Source: an uncultured Chromatiaceae bacterium (GTDB lineage Bacteria > Pseudomonadota > Gammaproteobacteria > DRLM01). From it: a DNA stretch of 64,000 nucleotides. The notes under the pieces are model-generated. The model was not told where the DNA came from. It worked only from the letters and a program-made list of their open reading frames with translations, and ran no database searches. The DNA lies in contig CALZJG010000122.1 of NCBI GenBank assembly GCA_945787555.1, positions 5,674-69,673 on the forward strand, written 5' to 3'. Positions 1 to 10,710 of the stretch are shown piece by piece; within the stretch, counting starts at the first letter, position 1; every line of letters begins with the position of its first letter. Position numbers and translations under genes: made by a program.

Positions 1-260
1 GGTATCCTGTAATAACTGGCCAAGGCGGTGATGGCCTGGCCACTGCGATTCATGTAGGTGGTGGGCTTGAGCAACCAGCATTCCTGCCCGGCCAACTCGA
101 TTTTGCACACCTCGCCGTGATAACGCACCTGAGCTTTGAACTGCCCGCCCGCGCCATGTGCGAGCGCATCGACAAACCAAAAACCGGCGTTGTGCCGCGT
201 CTCGGCGTAACGGGCGCCGGGATTGCCCAGCCCCACGATCAACGCGCTACGCGAACTCAA
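1..260 (-). CDS. pth: peptidyl-tRNA hydrolase, N-terminal part; gene runs off the window start
   Basis: Minus-strand translation from TTG at 260 gives MSSRSALIVGLGNPGARYAETRHNAGFWFVDALA...LLKPTTYMNRSG, the Pth N-terminal signature. It lies downstream of rplY as in the Pseudomonas pth-rplY-prs cluster. Confidence 0.8.
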   Translation of the reverse strand, partial: MSSRSALIVGLGNPGARYAETRHNAGFWFVDALAHGAGGQFKAQVRYHGEVCKIELAGQECWLLKPTTYMNRSGQAITALASYYRI

Positions 261-302
261 CGCCGGTGTCTCGATTAACGACCAGCCGCTGCCGGCCGAT
301 CG

Positions 303-956
303 TTACTCGGCCGCTTCGGCCCCACCCTCGGGAGCCTCCTCGACGGCGGGAGCCGCTTCCTCGACCTCGACCGCCGCGCGCGGCAACACGATGCTCGCCA
401 CCGGCAGATCGTGCTCGGGGCCCTGCGCCAATTCAGGAATAACCACACCCGCCGGCAGCTTGAGTTCGGACAAATGCACCGACTCGCCGACCTGCAGTGG
501 CGACATGTCCACTTCGATGAATTCGGGTAAATCCTTGGGCAAGCATTCGACGTCCACCGAGTTCATCAAGTGGTTAACAATGCCATGCCCCAGCTTCACG
601 CCCGGTGCCACATCCTCACCCACGAAATGCAGCGGCACGTGGACGCGAATTTCCTCGTTCTCGAGGATACGTTGCAGGTCCATGTGCATGACGATGGGCT
701 TGTAGGGGTGACGCTGCACGTCCTTGAGCACGGCGCGCTCGGCCTTGCCGTCGACGTTAATGGTCAGAATATGGGAATAGAACCCCTCGTTTTCCAAGCT
801 CTTCATCACATCTTTGTGCGTCAAGGTAATCGAGGTGGGGGTCTGGTCGCCGCCATACAGGATGGCGGGGACTTGTGCCGCGCGACGCAGGCGGCGGCTC
901 GCACCTTTGCCCATGTCGTTGCGCAGCGTGGCATTCAACGAATAATCAGCACTCAT
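303..956 (-). CDS. rplY: 50S ribosomal protein L25 / general stress protein Ctc (long form)
   Basis: 217-aa ORF with [10 protein letters not shown]...PAILYGG...VQRHPYKP motifs typical of L25/Ctc; acidic Ala/Glu-rich C-terminal tail. Confidence 0.9.
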   Translation of the reverse strand: MSADYSLNATLRNDMGKGASRRLRRAAQVPAILYGGDQTPTSITLTHKDVMKSLENEGFYSHILTINVDGKAERAVLKDVQRHPYKPIVMHMDLQRILENEEIRVHVPLHFVGEDVAPGVKLGHGIVNHLMNSVDVECLPKDLPEFIEVDMSPLQVGESVHLSELKLPAGVVIPELAQGPEHDLPVASIVLPRAAVEVEEAAPAVEEAPEGGAEAAE

Positions 957-1200
957 ATCTGCTCTCCAACTTCACAAGACCACCGAACTCGGTGGCCTCT
1001 CACATGCTCCCTTGCGGGAGCGGCCTCGTGACAGCGCGCGACCACACCGTCACCTAAACAACTTACTGAAGAACCCTCGGGCAGCACCATGCGACGTCAT
1101 AAAACGGCTCAATGTTCATTTACTGCTAGGCAAACTGCACATATTCGTCGTACTACCCCTTGCCCGGCATTCCACCGGAGAGCTTTTCAGCAAGCTGTCA

Positions 1201-2154
1201 TCAATCAATAAACAAAGTACTCACCGACTCTTCCGTATTGATACGGCGGATGGTCTCGGCAAGTAGGCCGGCGATGCTGAGTTGACGTATGCGCTTGCAG
1301 GCTTGGGCTTCAGGCCGCAGCGGAATCGAGTCCGTCACCACCAGCTCGTCGAGCTGCGAATTCTCCAAGTTTTTCACCGCCGGACCGGACAACACCGCAT
1401 GGGTGCTGTAGGCCACTACCTTGGCGGCGCCGTGTTCCTTGAGCGCGCGCGCCGCCTCGCACAAGGTACCGGCGGTATCGACCATGTCATCGACCAGAAC
1501 GCAGGTACGGTCCTCGACCTCGCCGATGATGTGCATCACCTTGGCTTCGTTGGCGCGCGGACGACGTTTGTCGATGATGGCCAAATCGGCATCACCCAAG
1601 CGCTTGGCCAAGGCCCGCGCCCGCACCACGCCACCGACATCCGGTGACACCACGATCTGCTGCGGATGCTTCTGGCGCCAGATATCGCCCAACAGAATCG
1701 GCGAGGCGTAAACGTTATCCACCGGGATATCGAAAAAGCCTTGAATTTGATCGGCGTGCAAATCCACGGTCAGCACCCGGTCGGTTCCCACGCTGGCGAT
1801 CATGTTGGCCACCACTTTGGCGGTGATCGGGACACGCGCCGAGCGCGGTCGGCGATCCTGGCGCGAATAGCCGAAATACGGAATCACCGTGGTGACGCGC
1901 CCCGCCGAGGAGCGTTTGATCGCGTCCACCATGACCATCAATTCCATAATATGATCGTTGGTAGGCGCACACGTGGGCTGCACGATGAAAACGTCCTTAC
2001 CGCGGACGTTTTCCATTATTTCCACCATTACCTCGCCGTCGCTGAAACGGCCCACCACCGCCTTACCCAAAGGCAAGTGCAGATAGCTCGCCATGTCTTC
2101 CGCCAATTGCCGATTCGCATTACCGCAGAAGACGATCATGGAGCTGTCAGGCAC
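1201..2154 (-). CDS. prs: ribose-phosphate pyrophosphokinase
   Basis: 317-aa ORF; VFCGNAN N-terminus, [17 protein letters not shown] and [16 protein letters not shown]-binding motifs. Confidence 0.92.
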   Translation of the reverse strand: MPDSSMIVFCGNANRQLAEDMASYLHLPLGKAVVGRFSDGEVMVEIMENVRGKDVFIVQPTCAPTNDHIMELMVMVDAIKRSSAGRVTTVIPYFGYSRQDRRPRSARVPITAKVVANMIASVGTDRVLTVDLHADQIQGFFDIPVDNVYASPILLGDIWRQKHPQQIVVSPDVGGVVRARALAKRLGDADLAIIDKRRPRANEAKVMHIIGEVEDRTCVLVDDMVDTAGTLCEAARALKEHGAAKVVAYSTHAVLSGPAVKNLENSQLDELVVTDSIPLRPEAQACKRIRQLSIAGLLAETIRRINTEESVSTLFID

Positions 2155-2220
2155 GGGGACCCCTTCTACGTGTCCAGCTGGAGTGGCGGCGACGGTCTAG
2201 TTCAAAAAAATTAACAAATA

Positions 2221-2295
2221 TGGCTGGGGTGCCAGGATTCGAACCTGGGAATGCTGGAATCAAAATCCAGTGCCTTACCGCTTGGCGACACCCCA
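2221..2295 (-). tRNA. tRNA-Gln (anticodon TTG)
   Basis: Reverse complement reads TGGGGTGTCGCCAAGCGGTAAGGCACTGGATTTTGATTCCAGCATTCCCAGGTTCGAATCCTGGCACCCCAGCCA. Cloverleaf with anticodon loop CTGGA-TTTTGAT-TCCAG, near-identical to E. coli tRNA-Gln(UUG); CCA encoded. Confidence 0.9.
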
Positions 2296-2325
2296 ATGTA
2301 ACTGTCAACGAGGCGAGTACGCGCC

Positions 2326-3198
2326 TCAAGACGCCGCTCCGGATCCCGCCCATGTCAACCTTTCCTGCAAGGGCGAGGTATTGCGACCTCGCGCGACCAA
2401 GACGCGCCACACCCGCGGCACCTCACTGGCGACAGCCCGCGCCTGGGCCTCATCCGGAAAGGCGGCAAACACCGCCGCACCGGTCCCGCTCATCCTGGCC
2501 GGCGCATAGCGCGCCAACCAATCCAGCGCCGCACCCACCTCGGGATAGTGTCGCCGCACCACGGGCTCACAGACGTTGACACCCGCCCCCGTCAGAAAGG
2601 CGGCTATTGTGATGGGACGGGCGTTGCGTGTCAATTCCGGAGCGCGGAAAATCTCCGCCGTAGACACATGACAGGGCGGCACCAGCACCACATACCAAGG
2701 TTGGGGCAAGTCCAACGGCGTCAATTGCTCTCCCACACCCTCGGCCCAAGCCGCATGGCCGCGCACGAACACCGGCACATCGGCGCCTAAACGCAGGCCC
2801 AAGGCAGCGAGACAATCCACGGAGAGCTGTAGATTCCACAAATGATTCAAGGCCACCAACGTGGTGGCGGCATCGGAGCTACCGCCGCCCAATCCCGCCC
2901 CCATCGGCAGGCGTTTTTCTATAGTGATATCGACCCCCCAATCGGTGCCGCTTTCCGTCTGCAGCAGCCGCGCGGCGCGCACCAACAAATCCTGCTCCGC
3001 GGTAACACCCGGCACCTCGCCGAGGCGCCGCACCACGCCGTCGCGACGCACGCAAAACTGCAGGCCGTCGCTGACATCCAAGAATTGAAACACGCTTTGC
3101 AGTAGGTGGTAGCCATCCTCACGCCGGCCCACCACATGTAAAAACAAGTTGATCTTGGCCGGTGCCGGCCAGCTCGGCGACGTCACAGCAGCTCCCAA
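2326..3198 (-). CDS. ispE: 4-diphosphocytidyl-2-C-methyl-D-erythritol kinase
   Basis: PAKINLFLHVVGRREDGYHLLQSVFQFLD N-terminus and GHMP-kinase Gly-rich loop PMGAGLGGGSSDAA. The 5-prime end overlaps lolB by 16 nt. Confidence 0.9.
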   Translation of the reverse strand: MGAAVTSPSWPAPAKINLFLHVVGRREDGYHLLQSVFQFLDVSDGLQFCVRRDGVVRRLGEVPGVTAEQDLLVRAARLLQTESGTDWGVDITIEKRLPMGAGLGGGSSDAATTLVALNHLWNLQLSVDCLAALGLRLGADVPVFVRGHAAWAEGVGEQLTPLDLPQPWYVVLVPPCHVSTAEIFRAPELTRNARPITIAAFLTGAGVNVCEPVVRRHYPEVGAALDWLARYAPARMSGTGAAVFAAFPDEAQARAVASEVPRVWRVLVARGRNTSPLQERLTWAGSGAAS

Positions 3199-3806
3199 CG
3201 CTCGATCACCAAACGCACCTTGAAATGGCCGCTGTCGAGGAAAATCTTACCGGGCAGCGCCGTGCCGGCCGCGTCGTCGTAACGCCGATAGCGGATATGC
3301 CAACCGCCCTGCGTCAGCCAACTCAAGCGCCCCAGCTCATCCAGTTCGCGGCCCTCAACCACACCGGGCGCAGGCAAGCCGCGCACCCAATAGCGCAAGC
3401 CACTCAACGGCACCGACCACCCCAGGCGAGCACGCAGCAGACTCTCAGCATCGGCGGCCTCATAGACCTCCTGCTCGGAAAGATGCAATACGACACGCTG
3501 ACCATCACCGTGCAATTGCGCAGCCCCCTGACCCAGCGGACCGCTCAAGGCCAAGTCATAAATGTCGTGATGCTGCTTCCAGCGCAGCGTGGCGTGCCAT
3601 CCTTCGCTTTCGGTTTGGATGCCGATACGCCCGTTGATCGACCATTCCTCGATAGTGGCGACGGCAAGTTGATGGACCTGCCACAAACGCTCCGCCTCGG
3701 GACCGACCACCAGCGGCGGGCGCGTGGCGCAAGCACTCAACAGCGCCACTACCATCAGCACTCCCAAGGCGCGCCAAGGCGCACAGGGTGGGGCTACATT
3801 CATCAT
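3183..3806 (-). CDS. lolB: outer-membrane lipoprotein LolB
   Basis: 207 aa; signal peptide with lipobox LLSAC; placed between ispE and the TPR protein as in Pseudomonas. Confidence 0.85.
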   Translation of the reverse strand: MMNVAPPCAPWRALGVLMVVALLSACATRPPLVVGPEAERLWQVHQLAVATIEEWSINGRIGIQTESEGWHATLRWKQHHDIYDLALSGPLGQGAAQLHGDGQRVVLHLSEQEVYEAADAESLLRARLGWSVPLSGLRYWVRGLPAPGVVEGRELDELGRLSWLTQGGWHIRYRRYDDAAGTALPGKIFLDSGHFKVRLVIERWELL

Positions 3807-3871
3807 ATGCCTACTCTTTAGAAATGACGGCGCCGCGCCGTGGTCACGACGCGGCGCAATGGCAGGTTATT

Positions 3872-5632
3872 TTATTTGAGATTAAAGCGCTGTGATACGT
3901 CGAGCAGGAACTGATTTTCCGGCGAGGCATCCACAGCCTGTTCCCAGACTTGCCGCGCCGCCTGCTGATCGCCCATCACCCATAACACCTCAATTAGATG
4001 CGCGGCGATTTCCGCGTCCGGACTCGCCTCCAAAGCGCGGCGCAGATAATGCACCGCCTCTTGGTGATTGCCCAGGCGGTATTGCGCCCAACCCATGCTG
4101 TCCAATATATAGTGACTGTCGGGCTCCAACTCCAAAGCGCGCTTGATATAGCCGATGGCCTCCTCGTAGCGCCGCGTGCGATCGACCAAAGTGTAGCCCA
4201 AGGCGTTCAACGCCTCGGCATTCTCCGGCTCGCGCCGCACGATGTGCTTCAGGTCGGCCTCCATGATGTCGAGCCTATCCATCTTCTCGGCCACCATGGC
4301 ACGAGAGTAGAGCAAGTCGGTATTGTCGGGCATTTCCTCCAACCCGGCACTGAAAATGTCGAAGGCCTCTTGGAGACGGTCGGCGTCACGCAGTATCTGG
4401 CCTTCCACCAGAAAGAGGCGCAACACTTGCGCCGCGCCGCGCGTCTCGATAGTGCGCAAATGACCCCGCGCCAACTCCACATCACCCTCCACCGCCATCA
4501 ACGCCGCCGCGCGCAGCTGGGCCTCCAAATAGTTCTCACCACGGTCGACATTGCCGTACCACTTGATGGCGGCGGCATTGTCGTGGCGCTGCTCCTCAGC
4601 GATGCGTCCCAAGTAATAGCTACTCTCGGCGGTATAGCCCCGTCCGCCGCGATTGAGCCGCAAGAGATACTGCTCCGCCGCATCGACCTTCTCTAACTGC
4701 AGAGACAACACACCCAGCGCGAACAACACATCGGGCTCATCGGGCGTGCGTTTGTTGACCGTATTGAACTGTTCGTAGGCCTGCTCATACTGCTTGTTGT
4801 CTACCAACAAGCGCGCGTAGGCGACGCGCAATGCATTATCCTTGGGCAATTGCTTGACCCCGCCCGCGAGGTAGCCCATCGCGTCCACCGATTTGCCGCG
4901 CATGGTCATGATCCTGGCGCGCTGAATGATGGCGTCGCCACGCTTGGGCTGTAGCGTCGTAACCTGGGTGATGGCGCGCTCGGCTTCCTCCATGTCACCG
5001 GCACGCAGCGCCAAATGGCTATAGGCGAATAACGCCCCGGGATCGCCAGCGCGGCTAGCGATCAACTTCTGCATCACTTGTAAAGCAGCCTGCTTGTCTT
5101 GTTGCCGGCCCAACAGACCGGCGATCAGCATGAAGCCGTCTTCGCCCACGCCACCGCTCTGTTCCAGCAAGGTCTCCAGCTCATGCTGGGCGGCGTCAAG
5201 TTCGCCATTGCGTATATACAGCGCCGAGACGACCTGACGAGCCTCCATGTTGGAAGGCGCTAATTCCACCCACAACTTGGCCGCCTCCAGGGCCTTCTTA
5301 TTGTCATGGGCATAGACGGCCACGCGCGCCGCACGCTCTACCAAGCGCACGTCGCGAGTTTCGCGACCCAATTGCAGGTATTGTTGCACCGCCAAATCAT
5401 ATTGGCCGCGCTGCAGGGCCACCTCGCCCACCAGCACGCCGTAAAGGATATCGGGGGTCAACTCCAGCGCGGGCAGATCCAACGGCGCCGGCGGCTCGGC
5501 CCCGTGAGGCTGGGCCTCGGCCAAATCCAAGCGCTGCGCCGGCGGCGTCGCACACGCCCCCAACAGAACCGCCGCAATCAACATCCCATAGCGCAGGGGC
5601 GATCTATTCATAAGTGTGCTCTCCAGCAACAA
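3872..5632 (-). CDS. TPR-repeat lipoprotein (PA4667-like)
   Basis: 586 aa; lipobox LLGAC; many 34-residue Ala/Leu/Tyr-rich tetratricopeptide repeats; conserved position upstream of lolB. Confidence 0.8.
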   Translation of the reverse strand: MLLESTLMNRSPLRYGMLIAAVLLGACATPPAQRLDLAEAQPHGAEPPAPLDLPALELTPDILYGVLVGEVALQRGQYDLAVQQYLQLGRETRDVRLVERAARVAVYAHDNKKALEAAKLWVELAPSNMEARQVVSALYIRNGELDAAQHELETLLEQSGGVGEDGFMLIAGLLGRQQDKQAALQVMQKLIASRAGDPGALFAYSHLALRAGDMEEAERAITQVTTLQPKRGDAIIQRARIMTMRGKSVDAMGYLAGGVKQLPKDNALRVAYARLLVDNKQYEQAYEQFNTVNKRTPDEPDVLFALGVLSLQLEKVDAAEQYLLRLNRGGRGYTAESSYYLGRIAEEQRHDNAAAIKWYGNVDRGENYLEAQLRAAALMAVEGDVELARGHLRTIETRGAAQVLRLFLVEGQILRDADRLQEAFDIFSAGLEEMPDNTDLLYSRAMVAEKMDRLDIMEADLKHIVRREPENAEALNALGYTLVDRTRRYEEAIGYIKRALELEPDSHYILDSMGWAQYRLGNHQEAVHYLRRALEASPDAEIAAHLIEVLWVMGDQQAARQVWEQAVDASPENQFLLDVSQRFNLK

Positions 5633-5775
5633 CGTTCACACAAGGTATAAGTCCCTCATGCTATTGACAAGATTTTTCCACAAGTTTCTGCAGCCACCGT
5701 CGACGCCTCTTTTCTAAACTTGCCAGGGCGTCGATAATCAAACAGAATTGATGTGTTCTGTGTCGGCTGAAACCT

Positions 5776-7038
5776 ATGCCTCTTTTAGCATTTGGCATCA
5801 ATCATAAAACGGCCCCCGTCACCATCCGGGAACGGGTTTCCTTTGCGCCCGAGACAATTTCCATTGCGCTCAAGGAGTTAACCTCCCAGCCCGGGATCAA
5901 CGAGGCGGCCATCCTATCCACCTGCAATCGCACGGAAATCGTCTGTTGCGTGGAAGACACGCAGAATTCCAGCGTGGTGGATTGGTTCCAGCACTATCAC
6001 GATCTCAAGCCCGACGAGGTCGAACCCTATATTTATTTCCACCCCGACCAATTCGCCGTGCGCCATCTGCTGCGCGTAGCCTCAGGCCTGGACTCGCTGA
6101 TCCTGGGCGAGCCCCAAATTCTCGGCCAGATGAAGGAAGCCTACACTAAGGCGCTCAATGCCGGCACCGTCGGCACCCTGCTGGGACGCTTGTTTCAGCA
6201 CACTTTCGCCGCCGCCAAGCAGGTCCGCACCGATACTGCCATCGGCTCCAGCCCGGTCTCGGTGGCCTTCGCCGCAGTCAGCCTGGCCAAGCAAATCTTC
6301 AGCAACTTCAGCGAACATACGGCACTGCTGATCGGCGCCGGCGAGACCGTCGAACTGGCTGCCCGCCACCTGCACGAGAACGGCATCGGCCGCATGATCA
6401 TCGCCAACCGCACCGTGGAAAAGGCGCATGCCGTGGCCGGCGAATTCAATGCCTACGCCATCGGCCTCCCGGAAATGCCCAACCATCTACCGGAGGCGGA
6501 TATTGTCATCTCCTCCACCGCCAGCCAGCTGCCCATCCTCGGCAAGGGTGCGATCGAACGCGCGATCAAGGCACGCAAACATCGCCCCATTTTAATGGTG
6601 GACATCGCTGTGCCGCGCGACATCGAGCCGGAAGCCGGCGAGCTGGAAGATGTCTACTTATACACGGTCGACGACTTGCAAGACATCATCCAAGAAGGGC
6701 TGCGCAGTCGCCAGGAGGCAGCCAAGCAAGCCGAGGAGCTCATCGACAACCAAGTCATCCACTTCATGGGTTGGCTGCGCTCACTGGATGCGGTAGCCAC
6801 CATCCGCGCCTACCGCGAGCAAGCCGAGCTGGTGCGCGATGCGGAGCTGGAGAAGGCCCGTCGACTGCTCAGCCGCGGCGCCTCCGCGGATGAGGTCATG
6901 GCCAAATTGGCGCGCGCGCTCACCAACAAATTGATCCACGCCCCCAGCACTCACATGCGTCAGGCGGGCTTCGAAGGCCGCAGCGACGCGCTGGAAATCG
7001 CCCGCGAATTGTTCGATCTTAAAGACCCCCATTCGTAA
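5776..7038 (+). CDS. hemA: glutamyl-tRNA reductase
   Basis: 420 aa; [17 protein letters not shown]-terminus, catalytic Cys in STCNRTE, NADPH-binding [13 protein letters not shown]. Confidence 0.92.
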   Translation: MPLLAFGINHKTAPVTIRERVSFAPETISIALKELTSQPGINEAAILSTCNRTEIVCCVEDTQNSSVVDWFQHYHDLKPDEVEPYIYFHPDQFAVRHLLRVASGLDSLILGEPQILGQMKEAYTKALNAGTVGTLLGRLFQHTFAAAKQVRTDTAIGSSPVSVAFAAVSLAKQIFSNFSEHTALLIGAGETVELAARHLHENGIGRMIIANRTVEKAHAVAGEFNAYAIGLPEMPNHLPEADIVISSTASQLPILGKGAIERAIKARKHRPILMVDIAVPRDIEPEAGELEDVYLYTVDDLQDIIQEGLRSRQEAAKQAEELIDNQVIHFMGWLRSLDAVATIRAYREQAELVRDAELEKARRLLSRGASADEVMAKLARALTNKLIHAPSTHMRQAGFEGRSDALEIARELFDLKDPHS

Positions 7039-7044
7039 CCATTC

Positions 7045-8127
7045 GTGAAAGCCTCACTGCGCAGTAAACTGGAGACACTCTCCGAAAGGCTGCAGGAGCT
7101 CAGTGCCCTGCTGGCCGACCCGCACACCATCGCCGATCAAACGCGCTTCCGCGAATTGTCCAAGGAGTACGCCCAAATCGAGCCGGTGGTGGCCTGCTAT
7201 TCCCGCTATCGAACGACGCTCGCGGACCTCAGCGCCGCCCAAGACATGCAACAAGATCCCGACCCGGAAGTGCGCGCGCTGGCGACGGAAGAACTCAAGT
7301 CCGCCAGCGCGTACGGCCAAGAATTGGAGCTGGAGCTGCAAACACTCCTGCTGCCCAGCGACCCACTGGACAGCAGCAACATCTTCCTCGAAATCCGCGC
7401 CGGCACCGGCGGCGACGAGGCGGCGATTTTCGCCGGCGACCTGTATCGCATGTACGCCCGTTATGCCGAGCAGCAAGCTTGGCGAGTGGAAGTGATGAAC
7501 GAACAGGAGGGCGAGCACGGCGGGTACCGCGAAATCATCGTGCGCCTCATCGGCCAGGGCGTTTATTCACGCCTCAAGTTCGAGTCCGGCGCCCATCGCG
7601 TGCAACGCGTACCGGCCACTGAATCGCAGGGCCGCATCCACACTTCAGCGTGCACGGTCGCGGTACTCCCCGAGATCGAAGGCGTCGAGCACATCGACAT
7701 CAATCCCGCCGATCTCAAGGTGGACACCTATCGCGCCTCAGGCGCCGGCGGCCAGCATGTCAACAAGACCGATTCGGCGATCCGCATCACGCATCTACCC
7801 AGCGGCATCGTGGTCGAGTGCCAGGATGAGCGTTCGCAACACAAGAACCGCGCCCGCGCCATGTCCTTGCTACAAGCCAAACTGCTGGCCGAGGAACGCG
7901 ACAAACAAGCCGCCCAACAGGCCGAGTCGCGGCGTTTGCAAGTCGGTAGCGGCGATCGGTCCGAACGCATTCGCACTTATAATTATCCGCAGGGTCGCCT
8001 CACCGATCATCGCATCAACCTCACGCTATACAAGCTGGAGGACGTGATGCAAGGCAATCTCGACCAAGTCATCGAGCCGCTAGTGCAGGAGCATCAAACC
8101 GAGCTGCTCGCCGCCATGGCTGACTAG
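7045..8127 (+). CDS. prfA: peptide chain release factor 1 (GTG start)
   Basis: 360 aa; GGQ motif in [19 protein letters not shown]; follows hemA as in hemA-prfA-prmC operons. Confidence 0.92.
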   Translation: MKASLRSKLETLSERLQELSALLADPHTIADQTRFRELSKEYAQIEPVVACYSRYRTTLADLSAAQDMQQDPDPEVRALATEELKSASAYGQELELELQTLLLPSDPLDSSNIFLEIRAGTGGDEAAIFAGDLYRMYARYAEQQAWRVEVMNEQEGEHGGYREIIVRLIGQGVYSRLKFESGAHRVQRVPATESQGRIHTSACTVAVLPEIEGVEHIDINPADLKVDTYRASGAGGQHVNKTDSAIRITHLPSGIVVECQDERSQHKNRARAMSLLQAKLLAEERDKQAAQQAESRRLQVGSGDRSERIRTYNYPQGRLTDHRINLTLYKLEDVMQGNLDQVIEPLVQEHQTELLAAMAD

Positions 8128-8130
8128 TGG

Positions 8131-8994
8131 ATGCCCGATTACGCCCATACACTCACCCTCGCCGAAGCCCTGACGTCAGCCGCGCAACGCTTGTCGCCGA
8201 TTTCGAGCTCGCCGCAATTGGACGCCGAGGTCTTGCTCGCCCAAGTTCTGGCCCAACCGCGCAGTCATGCGCACGCCTGGCCAGACAAACCGCTCACCAG
8301 CGCGCAACAGCAGCGCTATTTCGAGTTGATCGCACGCCGCGCCCGCGGTGAGCCCGTGGCCTATCTGCTGGGGCGACGCGAATTCTGGTCGCTGGACTTG
8401 ACGGTCACACCCGACACACTGATCCCGCGCCCGGACACCGAGTTGTTGGTGGAACAGGCATTACGATTGATTTCCAGCACACACCCCGCCACCGTCGCCG
8501 ACATCGGCACCGGCTCGGGCGCCATCGCCTTGGCCATCGCCGGCGAACGACCGCACTGGCGCCTCCTCGCCAGCGACATTTCACCCGCCGCACTCGCGGT
8601 GGCGCGCAGCAATGCCGCGCGCTTACGCCTGCACAATGTCGAGTTCCGCCTCGGCAACGGCTGCGCACCTTACGCCGACGTAAAACTGGATATGGTGATC
8701 TCCAATCCACCCTATGTGCGCGCCGACGATCCGCATTTAAAGGAGGGCGACTTGCCCTACGAGCCGCATGGCGCCCTGGTCGCGGGGCCGCGCGGATTGG
8801 AGATATTGGAAACCCTCGCCGAGCAAGCGCGCCGGCATTTAAACCCCGGCGGCTGGCTGTTGCTCGAGCATGGTTATGATCAAGGGCCCGCGGTAGCGGC
8901 GCTGCTCACCGAGCTGGGCTACCACCATGTGGTCACGCAACTCGACATGGAGCAGCGCGATCGCGCTACCATGGCACAATGGAAAACAGCTTGA
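8131..8994 (+). CDS. prmC: release factor glutamine N5-methyltransferase (HemK)
   Basis: 287 aa; SAM-binding DIGTGSGAIALA and catalytic NPPY motif. Confidence 0.9.
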   Translation: MPDYAHTLTLAEALTSAAQRLSPISSSPQLDAEVLLAQVLAQPRSHAHAWPDKPLTSAQQQRYFELIARRARGEPVAYLLGRREFWSLDLTVTPDTLIPRPDTELLVEQALRLISSTHPATVADIGTGSGAIALAIAGERPHWRLLASDISPAALAVARSNAARLRLHNVEFRLGNGCAPYADVKLDMVISNPPYVRADDPHLKEGDLPYEPHGALVAGPRGLEILETLAEQARRHLNPGGWLLLEHGYDQGPAVAALLTELGYHHVVTQLDMEQRDRATMAQWKTA

Positions 8995-9407
8995 TGCGCG
9001 CCCGGCTCCCCCGCACCCTCATCAATCAGCTGCTGGCGCATGCTCAACAAACCCCGGAGCGCGAAGTGTGCGGCCTCATCGGCGCCAAACAAGGCGAGCC
9101 GCAGCACTGCTACCCTATCGCCAACGCCGCCGCCGATCCCGCCACTCTATTCACCATGGATCCCACGGCGCAAATCGCCGCCATGCGTACCATGCGCGAA
9201 CGCGGCGAGGCGCTGTACGGGATTTATCACTCCCATCCCCACAGCCCGCCGCAACCCTCCCGCACCGATTTGGAGCAAGCCGCCTACCCTGAGACGCTAT
9301 ATCTCATCATTTCCCTGCAAACCCAAGGTGTTCTGGAAATGCGTGGCTTTCGTTTACGTGACCAACGGGTCAGCGAAGTCACCTTGGAAATCAGCGAGTC
9401 CCGATAA
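8994..9407 (+). CDS. Mov34/MPN/PAD-1 (JAMM) family metalloprotease-like protein
   Basis: JAMM zinc motif E...HSHPHSPPQPSRTD (HxHx7Sx2D). ATG at 8994 overlaps the prmC stop as TGATG (translational coupling); an alternative in-frame ATG lies at 8979. Confidence 0.75.
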   Translation: MRARLPRTLINQLLAHAQQTPEREVCGLIGAKQGEPQHCYPIANAAADPATLFTMDPTAQIAAMRTMRERGEALYGIYHSHPHSPPQPSRTDLEQAAYPETLYLIISLQTQGVLEMRGFRLRDQRVSEVTLEISESR

Positions 9408-9510
9408 GACAGAGCAAGCCGTCTACCGCCGAGTGGTCTTCTAACATAGAAATATCACCCACTTAAACTATCGCTCCTAGCATCCGCTAACCTCTGAGAG
9501 CGTAACCATC

Positions 9511-9903
9511 ATGAGCACGACAAGCACATCAACCAAGGTCGCCACCCGCGCCCTCATCGTAGAAGACGACGCCAACATGGCGCGTGCGATTCAACGCGTG
9601 TTGCGCGGTGCCGGCTTCGACACCGCCGTTGCGGACTCGGGTTTCGAGGCCGGCGTGTTGCTGATGCAATACCAACCGCAGTTCATCACCTTGGATCTGC
9701 AAATGCCCGGCATGAACGGCCAGGAAGTGCTGGACTGTTTACGCAGCACCGAGTCACTCTGGGATATAAAAGTCTTAATCATTTCTGGCTTGCCGCTCGA
9801 TGAGCTGCGCGCGATGCTCGACCAGGGCGCCGATGACATCCTGCACAAGCCTTTCGATAATCGCACCTTATTGGAAAAGGTTACGCAACTCGCCGGGAAG
9901 TGA
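9511..9903 (+). CDS. single-domain response regulator (CheY-like receiver only)
   Basis: 130 aa; EDD acidic pocket, phospho-acceptor Asp in ITLDLQMPGMNG, conserved Lys in ILHKPF. Confidence 0.8.
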   Translation: MSTTSTSTKVATRALIVEDDANMARAIQRVLRGAGFDTAVADSGFEAGVLLMQYQPQFITLDLQMPGMNGQEVLDCLRSTESLWDIKVLIISGLPLDELRAMLDQGADDILHKPFDNRTLLEKVTQLAGK

Positions 9904-9960
9904 TCCCATGGAGGCGAGCATCCAACGTGCCTTTCCGCCGCATTTAATCCCCCGACTAAG

Positions 9961-10002
9961 GCACCGATAACACAATCATAAATGCATCGGCGCCTTTTCC
10001 AA
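9961..10002 (+). terminator. possible intrinsic terminator after the response-regulator gene
   Basis: GGCACCGAT-(17 nt loop)-ATCGGCGCC (8 of 9 bp pair) followed by TTTT; long loop and short U-tract make it weak. Confidence 0.3.
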
Positions 10003-10008
10003 GTTGCG

Positions 10009-10704
10009 CTAAACCGCCAAATATTTGTTGATTAGCGCGCTATCGAGGTCGGCCATGGCACCCGCCGCGACGCTGCGGCCTTTTTCCATCAGGCAATATC
10101 GATCACCGACGCGGCGTGCGAAGGGGAGTTTTTGCTCCACGAGCAACACCGTTAGCCCTTGCTCTTGATTGAGGCGGCGAATAACATCGCCGATTTGCTG
10201 CACGATATTGGGCTGGATACCTTCGGTAGGCTCGTCAAGAATGAGTAGCTTAGGGTCGAGCACCAAGGCGCGGCCGATGGCCAGCTGTTGTTGCTGTCCC
10301 CCGGAGAGATCGCCGCCGCGTCGCTGGCGCATGTCCTTGAGCACGGGAAACAACTCGTAGATCGATTCCGGGATGTGGCGTTGTTTGTCACGCCGCGAAC
10401 CCAACCCGATGCGCAGATTTTCTTCCACAGTGAGTTGCGGAAATATCTCGCGACCTTGCGGCACATAGCCGATACCCAAGCGAGCGCGTGCCGCCGCCGG
10501 CTTGCCCTGCAACACCCCGTCGGCGAAAGTGATGCCGCCGTCGGTGACGGGTAGCAAGCCCATGATGACTTTGAGCAGGGTCGTCTTGCCGACGCCGTTA
10601 CGCCCCATCAGTACGGTGCAGGATCCTTGCGGTACGCTGAGGTCGACGTCCCACAAGGTATGGCTCTCGCCGTAGTATTGATTGACGCCCTTGATATCCA
10701 ACAC
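10009..10704 (-). CDS. urtE: urea ABC transporter ATP-binding protein UrtE (LivF-like)
   Basis: 231 aa; Walker A GRNGVGKTT, ABC signature LSGGQQQQL, Walker B LLILDEP; last gene of the urtABCDE operon. Confidence 0.85.
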   Translation of the reverse strand: MLDIKGVNQYYGESHTLWDVDLSVPQGSCTVLMGRNGVGKTTLLKVIMGLLPVTDGGITFADGVLQGKPAAARARLGIGYVPQGREIFPQLTVEENLRIGLGSRRDKQRHIPESIYELFPVLKDMRQRRGGDLSGGQQQQLAIGRALVLDPKLLILDEPTEGIQPNIVQQIGDVIRRLNQEQGLTVLLVEQKLPFARRVGDRYCLMEKGRSVAAGAMADLDSALINKYLAV

Positions 10705-10710
10705 GGCGCC

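Noticed and set aside
3998-4696. 232-aa plus-strand ORF
   Set aside because: Antisense to the TPR lipoprotein gene, which has clear repeats and a lipobox.
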